NCBI GenBank assembly: GCA_026936335.1
Contig: JAPMXV010000034.1
Coordinates: 620,001 to 684,000, forward strand
Direction of reading: 5' to 3'
DNA: 64,000 nt
Origin: Mantamonas sphyraenae STR306
Lineage: Eukaryota; Protista; CRuMs
Made by a program: the position numbers and the translations under genes. Positions 11,890 through 22,635 of this stretch are shown here, one piece after another (the first letter of the stretch is position 1; every line of letters starts with the position of its first letter). Below the pieces are notes generated by a model that did not search any database, was not told the DNA's origin, and was given only the letters and a program-made list of their open reading frames with translations.

Positions 11890-13104
11890 ATGTCTGATTT
11901 CGACGTCGAGTCCTACCTCGACGCCTCCTCCATCTCCTCCCGCAAGCGATCCCGCTCCCGCTCCCCTCCTCCCCACTATTACAAACGCAGTCGCCACGAC
12001 TACTCTCCCCGACGCCACCACTCTCCTCACCGCCGTCGCCGCTACTCCCCGCCCGACCGTCCTCGTCGCCACCATCCCCATCACCATCACCACCCTCGCC
12101 ACCGCCACCGCCACCCGTCCCCTCCTCGCGACCCTCAAGCCGTCCGCGAGCGTGAACAGCGCACCATTTTTGTCAATCGCTTCCCGTCCCGTGCCACAGA
12201 GGACGATCTCTGGGACTGGTTCCAAGACAACGCCGGCCCGGTTTCCGCCGTCCAGTTTGTCCGCGACCGCGGCTCCCGCAGGCACAAGGGCATGGCCTAC
12301 GTCGAATTCGAGTCCATCGACTCCCTACCCGCCGCCCTTGCTCTCAACCGCACAAAGATGATGGGCACCACCGTCCTCTGCCAGCCTCTGGAGTCCACTC
12401 CGGCCTCCGCGCCCGCCACAACCACCTCTGCCGCTGCCGCCTCCTCCTCCTCCTCCTCCTCCACACCCACACCAGCCTCCAATCTCACTGTCAGCGGCGG
12501 CCCACGCACCCTCGCCCTCCACCATGTGCCCTCCAAACTCACACACGACGACCTCCACGAGCTCTGTGCCTCCTTCGGCCCCCTCGACTACCTCGCCCTC
12601 GACTCGGACGCCCACCCACCCGTCGCCTACGTCCAGTTTGCCGACGCAGATCTCGCCGCCATGGCCCTCGACGCCCTCCATGGCCTCAACCTTTTCGGTT
12701 CCACCCTACACGCCTCCATGGTGCCCAAGAACCGCGGCCACCCAGCCCTCCCGCCCGCCGTCCAGCGCCAGCTCCAACGCGCCCAGCGACGCAACGCCAG
12801 CGTCACTCCCACCCTTTGCCTCGTCCTCAACAATCTCTTTGACCCATCCGACGAAACCACAGACAACTGGGCCTCCGACATTGCCAACGAGGTCCTCCAC
12901 AACGTCTCACGCATGGCTCCCCCCGTCCGCGCTGCCATCCACGACTCGGCCAGCCCCGGCGCCATGTATATCGCCTTTCCTCATGTGCCTGCCGCCACAC
13001 GCGTCCACACCCTTCTCCAATCCCTGTTTTACTCTGGCCGACGCGTCCTTGTTGATTTCGTCAGCCCCGACGCCCTCCTCTCTGCCTCCACACGTGTGTT
13101 GTAG
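11890..13104 (+). CDS. RBM39: RBM39/RBM23 (CAPER)-like splicing factor: RS region, 2 RRMs and a UHM
   Basis: N-terminal MSDFDVESYL, RS-rich segment, RRM1 (RTIFV...HKGMAYVEF), RRM2, and C-terminal CLVLNNLFDP..E...W..DI..EV. Confidence 0.82.
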   Translation: MSDFDVESYLDASSISSRKRSRSRSPPPHYYKRSRHDYSPRRHHSPHRRRRYSPPDRPRRHHPHHHHHPRHRHRHPSPPRDPQAVREREQRTIFVNRFPSRATEDDLWDWFQDNAGPVSAVQFVRDRGSRRHKGMAYVEFESIDSLPAALALNRTKMMGTTVLCQPLESTPASAPATTTSAAAASSSSSSSTPTPASNLTVSGGPRTLALHHVPSKLTHDDLHELCASFGPLDYLALDSDAHPPVAYVQFADADLAAMALDALHGLNLFGSTLHASMVPKNRGHPALPPAVQRQLQRAQRRNASVTPTLCLVLNNLFDPSDETTDNWASDIANEVLHNVSRMAPPVRAAIHDSASPGAMYIAFPHVPAATRVHTLLQSLFYSGRRVLVDFVSPDALLSASTRVL

Positions 13105-13321
13105 CCCCCCCCCCTTTTCCCCTTATGAATCCATTCCAAGGTTATCCACGGATGATCCTCCTCCTTCCTTGTTGCCTTGCCTTCTCCCCGTCGTCGTCAT
13201 CTGCGCCACTTGCCACACGTATTCAGCTGCGGTACAGTACAGTAGGTTGGTGGGTTGCTTGGTCGTCGACTCGGCACTCATGCTCACATCTGCACTCTCT
13301 CTCCTTGCCTGCCTCCTCAGA

Positions 13322-15044
13322 ATGAGCCACAACGAGTGGCACGACTTGCTCCTCCAAGGAGCCTCTGCCAACGACGTGGCCCACGCCATGGAACAAGCAG
13401 GCACCGTGAGTTGACACCCTTGCATGGGCATGACGTCGCGCGCGCGCGTGTGTGTGTGTGTGTGTGTGTGTGTGTCCACTCCCTCACTCTCTCACTCTCT
13501 CACACTCTCACCCACTCTCTCACTCTGCTCTGCACCCTCCCACCACCGTCAGAGCGTCGATTGGGCCACCCCGTTCGACGACGATGCCTCCATGATCCTC
13601 ATGGCACAGGCTCTTGCCTTGCACAGAAACCTGTGCCGTTTAAATCTTGACAACGCACACATCGGTGACAACGGCGCCGTGGTCCTCGGCGACGTCCTCG
13701 CGGATCTTCCCGTCCTCAACACCCTCATCCTTTACAACAACAGCATCGGTGACACCGGAGCAGTGGCTCTCGGCCAGACACTGGCTGGCACCCACTCTCT
13801 TCGACATCTGCTCCTCGACGACAACCTCATCGGTGATCAAGGCGGCGTCGCGCTGGCCAAGGCACTTGCCGTCAATGACACCTTGCACGAGCTTCGCATG
13901 GACTACAACGCGATTGGCGACCAAGGCGCCATCGAATTTGGCAACGCATTGGCTGCAAACTGCGTCCTCAGAGTCCTGTACCTGGTCGAGAACGAAATCA
14001 CAGAGCAGGGTTGCCAGGCCCTCGGCCAAGGCCTTGCAAGCAACCAAACCCTGCGTGGGTTGGATCTGGCAAACAACTGTACCCAGGATGAGGGTGCCCA
14101 GGCCTTGGGCATGGCTCTCGCTACAAACAACGCCCTGCGATTCCTCCACCTGCGCTGCAACAGCATCGGCCCAGCAGGTGCACAGGCATTGGGAAACGCA
14201 TTGGCTGAAAATGCCTCCCTCGAGCGCTTGGACCTATTTGCCAACGCCGTGGGACCCGAGGGCGCCACAGCGTTGGCAGATGGCTTGCAGGGCAACTCCA
14301 CCCTGCAGCAGCTCCACTTGAGCAACAACCGCATCGGAGATCAAGGCGCTGCTGCGTTTGGGCAGTGTCTCCTTCACAATCACTCCCTGCAGCGGTTGAC
14401 GCTCGACGACAACCACATCGGAGAGGCAGGACAGCTCGCCCTCGCACAGGGCCTCGCACACAACCACACCCTGGCCGCGTTGGACCTCAATGGCTGCACA
14501 TCAGCAACAAAGCTGCAAACGCCATACGAGACGCCCTCAAACACAACACGGTGTGCTGCAGTCTGCGCGGAGATCTCCACCCAGAGACGGGGAGCACTCT
14601 CCGTCGCAACGAGATCCAAGCGCAGGCATTTCTTGCCGCTGCAAACGCAGGGGACTTGCAGACGATGGCTGAACTACGAGAGTGGGGTGTGTGTGTCGAT
14701 GCGATCGCAAAAGGCGGTCCGGCACTCACCGTTGCTGTCCTTGCAGAGCAGGACGCCGCCGTCGCCTTGCTCAGGGTCTGGGGAGCCAGGGGAAACAGCC
14801 AAACTGTAGCAAGCGCAATGAGAAAGGGCTGGAGAAAGGCCTGGCATTGGATTGGCAGCGGGCAGGAAGTGGATGCGGCCATGGAGACCGTGCTGGTCAT
14901 GAATGCAGAGGAGAGGGAGGTGATGTTTGAGGCAGGTGGGATGGAGGAGTATCAACCAACAGGGCAGTGGTGGACATTGCCGGACGAGGTCATGGACAAG
15001 TGGTGGAGTGGATGGGGAAGGGCGACTGGCAACTTGAAGAATGA
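13322..15044 (+). CDS. LRR (RI/NLRC3-like 28-aa repeats)-ankyrin-C-terminal cassette protein, copy 1 (frameshifts near 14490 and 15000)
   Basis: LxxLxLxxNxIGDxGAxALA repeats; short first exon followed by a GTGAGT intron; shared C-terminal cassette. Confidence 0.85.
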
Positions 15045-15189
15045 AACCCGGGAGGCGCCAGCGCATCCAAAGCAGCATCATCTCGACGTGGAGTGAGTGA
15101 GCGACAGTGAAAGCACGAGGTGAAATGAAATGTGAGCACGAGTATACGGTGCACTGACATCCTACGGGCTCGTGGGCTCGTGCCGCAGA

Positions 15190-17055
15190 ATGATGAGCGG
15201 CGACTTGGGTGACATGACACTGGAACAAGTGAAAGAGGCCTTGGAGGGCTGCAACACTGTATGTTGTGTGGGAGAAGAAGCAGTGAAAGTGAGTGTAAGG
15301 CTGACACGTCCAGGACCACACACAAAACCCAGCTCTGGCTCGCCAACACTGCGCTGGACGGGAACACGGTGCAGGTGCTGTGTCAAGCACTGGCATCCAA
15401 CACAACTGTGCAAATCCTCGATCTCAACGACACGGACATTGGAGCGCCTGGGGCAGCGTGTGTCGGAGTCGCGCTGGCCACAAACAAAAACGTGCACATG
15501 GTCCAACTCAGCGGCAACGGCATTGACGACGCAGGTGCAGCGTCCCTGGGCAAAAGCATGGCCAACAACGTCACAGTCAAACTCCTGGAGTTGGAGAGGG
15601 ATGACATTGGCGACGACGGAGTGAGGGGTTTGTGCGCAGGCATCGACTCCCTCCACGGCCTCATGCTGGGAGACAACAGCATCGGAGACACGGGTGCAAT
15701 CGAATTGGGAAAGCGTGTGGCGCAAAGCACCTTCCTCCTCGAGCTGTCTCTCGTGAACAACGCGATCGGGGCCAACGGGGCCGACGCCCTCGCCTCAGCG
15801 CTGCTTCTCAGCCAGTCCCTGCGCGTGCTTGTCCTGTCAGGAAACCCCATTGGGGACAAAGGGGCAGTGTCTATTGGCCAGGCCTTGGGCGGAAACCGAG
15901 AACTGCAGCAGCTGAAACTGGACAGATGTTGCATCGGCGACAGAGGCGCCACTGCGCTTGGAAACGCACTGGCAACAAACGCGAACGCTGAAGACCCTGG
16001 ACATCTCGCAAAACAAAATTGGAGAAGAAGGAGGCGTTGCGCTTGGGCTGGGTTTGGCTGCAAACAACGGCGTTGAGCACCTGCTTGCGCCTGCGAACCA
16101 ACTCGGAGCCGACGGGGTCGCTGCAATCGGCTTGGCACTGGCCAAGAACACCACCCTTGTGGAACTGAACCTCGTTTTCAACGGCGCAGGCGACAAAGGA
16201 GCCGAAGGAGTTGCAACAGGACTTGCAGAAAACCGACACCTTGCTGTGCTGCATCTGCGCACAAACGGGATCGGGCAGGCGGGTGCAGCGGCGATTGGGG
16301 CGGCGCTGGCGTCAAACACCTCTCTGAGGGTGCTTCGGCTGGAAGACAATGTGATCGGAGACGTAGCAACCTTGTGCGAGGGGTTGGCAAACAACAAGCG
16401 ACTGCACGAGTTGTCCCTGGACAACAACAAGCTGGGCGACAAGGGCGGCTTTGATGTCGGTCGACTGCTCGCACGCAACACTTCTCTGCACAAAGTGTGC
16501 ATTTGTGACAACGGCATTGAAGAGGCCGGAGTCAACGCGGTCGAGGATGGGATGCTGTCCAACACCACCTGCATCGTGATCGGCGGGGAGAGCTTTTCTG
16601 GACTCTCGGCCCTCGCAAGGAACAAGGCAAAGGCTGTCGAGTTTGTGGCGGCGGCCAACGTGGGCGACATGGACAAGATGGCCGAGTTGAGAGAGTGGGG
16701 GGTGCATGTGGACGTGGCGCCGAGCTGGAGCACAGCTCTGGAGACGGCGGTGGAGGCGGACCAAAGTGAAGTGGTGGAGGCGTTGAGAGCGTGGGGAGCC
16801 GGGCATAGGGAGCAAACGGTGGCCATGGTGCACTGGAAGGGCTGGAGAAAGGCCTGGCACTGGATTGGCAGCGGGGAGGAGGTGGATGCGGCCATGGAGG
16901 TCGCTCTGGTGATGAACACTGAGGAGAGAGAGGTGATGTTTGAGGCAGGTGGGATGGAGGAGTATCAACCAACGGGGCAGTGGTGGACATTGCCGGACGA
17001 GGTGATGGACAAGGTGGTGGAGTGGATGGCAACGGCCGACTGGCAACTTGAATGA
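15190..17055 (+). CDS. LRR-ankyrin-cassette protein, copy 2 (frameshift near 15985)
   Basis: ORFs 15261..16076 and 15958..17055 are successive LRR blocks. Intron ~15289-15332. Confidence 0.85.
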
Positions 17056-17191
17056 ACGCGGGAGGCGCCAGCGCATCCAAAGCATCTTCTCGGAGTGAGT
17101 GTGAAAGGACGAGGTGCAACAGAACACGGAGCACGAGAACACGGTGCACTGACATCCTACGGGCTCGTGGGCTCGTGGTGCAGCAGGAACA

Positions 17192-18987
17192 ATGAGCGAA
17201 CCGTTGACCAGGGAACAGTGGCGAGATCTGCTGAGCAATGCAAACTCTGTCGAGGCCGCCATCAAAGCCTTGGAGCTGGCTGGAACGGTATGTGCCGCAG
17301 CAACCAACCCCAGCCGCCCCAGCCACTGGAAGCGCGCTGACGCCGTGTTTTCCTTCAGCAATTGCCGCTGAAAAACTCCGGGCTGGGTGCAGAGAGGACC
17401 CAAGTGCTATGTGACGCCTTGTTGGTGAATACAACAGTCACAACGTTGGTGTTGAGCAGCAACGCCATCGGGAATGCGGGGGCTGCGTGCGTGGGAAAGG
17501 TTCTCGCCACAAACAAGTCCCTGCGTAGGCTGCATCTGGACTACAACAGGATTGGAGACGAGGGGGCGGTGGCAATTGGTGAAGGAATGGCCAACAATAG
17601 CACCGTGGAGGTGTTGATGGCCGAAAACAACCTTTTTGGAGCGGAGGGAGTTGCTGCTCTCTGCGCTGGGCTGGCTGTCCACGACAACGTGCACACACTG
17701 CATGTGCTCAACAACTCCATCCAAGACAAAGGAGCAGTGGCACTGGGAGAGTATGCAGCTCACAGCAAGTCCCTGCGTGTGTTGCATGTGCACAACGCGT
17801 CCATCACCGCAGAAGGCGCCGCAGCACTAGGTATGGCTGTGGCTCAGAGCAAGACACTGCGAGTGCTAATGATGCCCGGAAACCCGTTTGGGGACGATGG
17901 TGCCGTGGCATTGGGCCAGGCGTTGACTGAGAATCCCGTGTTGGAAGAGTTGGGTCTGACAAGATGCAATGTTGGCAACGACGGAGCGACAGCTCTGGGT
18001 GAGGCATTGAGGACAAACAAGTCCTTGACGAAACTGAACCTGTCGAACAACGAGATTGGGGAACTGGGCGGGGAGGCGCTGGGACGTGGGCTCGCAGAGA
18101 ACGCCACCTTGGAAGTGCTGTTTCTCAGCTTCAACTGCATCGGGGATGGCGGAGCAGAGGCCATCGGCAAAGCGTTGCAGGGAAACACCACGCTTCAGCT
18201 GATGCCACTGGTCAAAAATGGCATCGGAGACGCAGGCGTTCAAGCTCTGGCCGCAGGCTTGGCAAACAACACCGCACTGCTGACCCTGCTCTTGAACGAC
18301 AACAGCTTTGGAGAGGCTGGGGTGCTTGCCATCGGTGAAACATTCGCCACAAACAGATCTCTGCAGTTCGTCTCCCTCCTGGGAATCACACTGGGCGAGT
18401 CTGGAGCCCGTGCCCTGCTCAAAGGCATGCAGAACAACAAAACGTGTGTCGATGTGCTGATCGATGAAAAAGAGCTCCATTGGGGGGAGTTCCTTCGTGG
18501 TGCAGAGTGTGGGCATTGGGAGCAACTGGACGAGACGGGCGAGCTCAAGACCATCCTGGACAGGAACTGCACAAATGGCTGGGCGTTTGTCAAGGCCGCA
18601 GAAATCGGGAATATGGAAGAGATGACCAGGTTGAGGGAATGGGGTGTGAATGTGAACGTCTTTGCCGAACGAGGGACGGCCCTCGACGCAGCCGTGTTCA
18701 AGCGGAACGACGCAGCCGTGCAGACGCTCAGGGCATGGGGAGCCAAACCAAGCGCAGACACTGTGCAGCAAGTGAGAAAGGGAGGCTGGAGAAAGGTCTG
18801 GCATTGGATTGCGGGGAGCCGCCAGGCGGATCACGAGATGGAGCTCGCCTTGGTGATGAACGCGGAGGAGAGAGAGGTGATGTTTGAGGCAGGTGGGATG
18901 GAGGAGTATCAACCAACGGGGCAGTGGTGGACATTGCCGGACGAGGTCATGGAGCGAGTGATTGGCTGGATGGGACGGGTGGAGTGA
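17192..18987 (+). CDS. LRR-ankyrin-cassette protein, copy 3
   Basis: Short first exon, intron ~17288-17358, then the 541-aa LRR ORF ending in the cassette. Confidence 0.9.
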
Positions 18988-19127
18988 GTGCGCGAGTGCG
19001 ACGCAAACAAACCAGGGGTGGCGGGGGTGAGTGAAACAGAGGGGGGGGAGGTTGCGGTGACATAAAGTGGACTGTCCCAGAGTGCTTGTGTGCACAGTGC
19101 CGACTGACATTCCAACACAGGCTGGGA

Positions 19128-21548
19128 ATGACCGCCGTCACACCAGAAACCATCGTAGAGATGTTGAACGACGGAACGACGGTCGAGGAGGTTGCCTCTG
19201 CGTTGGAAAGTGTCGGAGAGGTAAGCAGCGTGGTATGAAACGACCCACAGGTGGCGGTCTCGGTGCCGGAACTGACGCTTCACTCATCGGCACAGAAACT
19301 GGACCTGAAACACGCCAGATTGACCAAAAGCGCACACCAACTTCTGTGCATGGCGTTGAAACAAAACAACACGGTTGCGGTGGCAAAGCTGAGCATGTAT
19401 GATGTGGACGTGGCGTTCCGCACAGAGATACTCTCCAACGTGCTTTGCACAAACACCACGTTGAGGTCCCTGCAGCTCAGCAACACCATCGTTTCGTCTG
19501 AGGGTGTCCCCCATCTGGCCAAAGCACTGCGAGTGAATACGACTCTGCAAGAGTTGCACCTCAGCTTGGCCGATGTGCGTGACGCGGGCGCAGAGGCGCT
19601 CAGCCAAGCCCTGGCTGACAACACAGGCCTGCTCGGGATCCATCTCAGCCTAAACAGCATCCAAAACAACGGGGCAGTGGCCCTGGCCAAGCTCTTGACG
19701 GTGCACCCCACACTGAGGGTTCTTTTGCTCGCTCACAACCGCATCGGCGACGAAGGGGCACAAGCGTTGGCCAAGGCTCTCGAGAAGAACAGGTCTCTGC
19801 ACATTCTACATTTGAGCAACAATCAGATAGGCAACCACGGTGCAGTGGCCTTGGGGGATGCGTTGCTTCATTCCAGAACTCTGCAATCCCTCCACCTGAA
19901 CACAAACGACATTGGCGACGCAGGCTCCCGTGCCATCGGGCAGGCACTCGCGGAAAACACAGCGTTGCAGATTCTCGAACTTGCACTCAATCGCATCCGA
20001 AGCGAGGGGGCCGTTGCATTGGGCGATGGCTTGGCAAGGAATTGCTCGCTGACCGAATTGACGCTGGACCAGAACAAAATTGGCGACGACGGTGCACAGG
20101 CTCTTGGGCGAGCACTGGAAGACAACTGCATGCTCAAAGAGCTTCATTTGGTCGACAACGAGATCGGCTGCGCCGGCGCCGCAGCGTTGGGTCGCGGATT
20201 GGCACAGAATGCCACCCTCTGCGAGCTCAGTCTCCGCTTCAACAGCATCGGTGATGAAGGAGCTGCAGCCATGGGAACTGGTTTGGCGTCGAACCACACC
20301 TTGACGGCATTGCACCTGGACGTCAACACCATTGAGGATGACGGCGCCGCTGGGTTGGCGGCAGCTCTTGCAGTGAACGGGACCTTGCGTGTTCTTCACC
20401 TCGCTTCCAACGAGATTGGGGACGACGGCGCAGTGGCCCTGGGGGATGCTCTTGGCCAGAACCGTGCCCTGCAGGTGCTCTCCTTGTTCGGCAACGCAAT
20501 TGCGGACGATGGCATGGCGGCCATTTCACGTGGCCTCGCTCTCAACCAATCCCTGCAAATGCTCAACATGGACGACAACCAGATTGGAGCACACGGCGTG
20601 TTGGACTTGGAACACTCGCTTGCAGTCAATGTGGCGCTGCAGGCCCTCAATCTCGCAAGCAACTGCATCGGGGACACAGGCACGGCAGCCATAGCACGTG
20701 GCCTGGCACACAACATGCGCCTGCAGGTTTTGCTCTTGGAGGCCAATGAGATTGGAGACAACGGGGCCATGGAGCTGGGGGAGGCGCTGGCGACAAACAC
20801 CGTCCTCCGCGAACTCTACGTGAATCGCAACGAGATCGCGGATGCAGGTGCAGCGGCCATTGCCATCGGCCTCACCAGCAACACATCCTTGAATCTGCTC
20901 TACCTCAACCAGAACCATGTTGGCGATGGCGCAGCAGGAAAATTCGGCCAAGCGCTCGCCAACAACTCGCATCTGCTTTGCTTGCGTCTCAGAGGAAACA
21001 GCATTGGCGCAAACGGCATGCGCTCCATAGTTGAGGGCATGCAGGAGAACAGGACGTGCTGGGATCTGTCCACAGACGAGGACGACACCACGATGCGCGA
21101 CATCCTTGACACAAATCGCAAACACGCCAGCGACTTTGTGGATGCTTGCAAAGCGGGCAACGTCGCCAAAATGGCCGAGTTGAGGGCATGGGGCGTGAAT
21201 GTGGACGCAAATCCCGAACGCATGACAGCGTTGGAGGTTGCCCTGCGTGAGGGTCGCGCGGCCACTGTGGCTCTGCTGAGAGAATGGGGAGCTAGAAAAG
21301 GGTTGAACGCGGTGAAAGAGGCAAGGACAAACAGCTGGAGCATGGCCTGGCACTGGGTTGGCAGTAGCCCAGCCGTGGACGCGGCCATGGAGACGGCGCT
21401 GGTGATGAACGCGGAGGAGAGAGAGGTGATGTTTGAGGCAGGTGGGATGGAGGAATACCAACCAACGGGGCAGTGGTGGACATTGCCCGACGAGGTCATG
21501 GAGCGAGTGGTTGGCTGGATGGGGCAGGGAGACTGGCGGAATGCCTGA
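19128..21548 (+). CDS. LRR-ankyrin-cassette protein, copy 4 (longest, ~20 LRRs)
   Basis: First exon followed by a GTAAGC intron at ~19221; 765-aa ORF of LRRs plus cassette. Confidence 0.9.
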
Positions 21549-22434
21549 GCAGCGTCCCGCGCGATGCCAACCAACCAAGCGGTGGGTGGAAGATGCGCGA
21601 TGTGAAGATGAGCAATACAGTGGGTCATGGCACTGACAATGAACGTGCACGCAGATGTGCGCACAGAAGAGCATCGAGGATGTCAAGGTTGCTCTGCAGA
21701 GTGGGGAGTGCGACGTGACCGTGGACGACGTTGCACAGGTGATTGCCACGCATTCAGTACGTGAAACCATGCGTCGTGTCAGAGTGTGGACTGTACGTGC
21801 GCTGACACAAGCACCCGGGGGGGCCCGCGACACTTCTCCCATTCAGCGTTTTCGCCTGATGAAGAACGAAATCAGTCAGGAAGGCATCCAAGTGCTGTGC
21901 GAGGCCATGGCTCTCAACACAACCGTGACCAGCTTGGATCTGACTCTCAATTTCGCCGGGTACGACAGTGCCGCGTGCGTTGCGGAAGTCCTCTCAACAA
22001 ACACAACCCTTCGTGTGCTGGAACTGAGCTTTGGCAGCATTGGGGACTCAGGAGCTGTGGCACTCGGTGATGCAATGTCCAGGAATGGCTCACTGCAGGA
22101 TCTCTCTCTGTTCCGCATCGGAATTGGGAACGAGGGCCTGGTCAGGTTGTCTCGCGGCCTGGCCGTGCACAACAACGTGCGCACACTCAACCTGGCTTTC
22201 AACCGCATCGGAAACGAAGGGGCAGAGGCGCTGGCAAAGTTTGCCGCCAAGAGCCATTCGTTGTGCAAGCTTCAGCTGGAAAACAACGCGGTTGCAGAAG
22301 CTGGAGGCGTGTCGCTTGGCAAGGCGGTAGGAGAGAGCAAGACCCTGCGTGTGCTGCACCTGCTTGGAAACCCTCTCGGAGACGACGGAGCAGTGGGAAT
22401 AGGCCAGGGTTTGGGCGTAACCCGGTCGCTGGCG

Positions 22435-22443
22435 TACCTGGAC
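22435..22443 (+). repeat. Left target-site duplication TACCTGGAC
   Basis: Exact copy at 27897-27905; identity does not extend on either side. Confidence 0.93.
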
Positions 22444-22635
22444 AAACCAGCGCGCTGTGCACAGTCTCGTTGTCCAACCAGCGGTCACACAAGTCATGTT
22501 ACCGGCTGGAAACTAGGAGCGTAGTGTTCCTGTAGGCAGATCTCAACCCCATCGCCCCATCGCAACGAGCTGGTGGGTGCCAATTGGCCACGTGCTGAGC
22601 CCGTGTCAGCACCTGCGCACCCAACCCGCACGATC

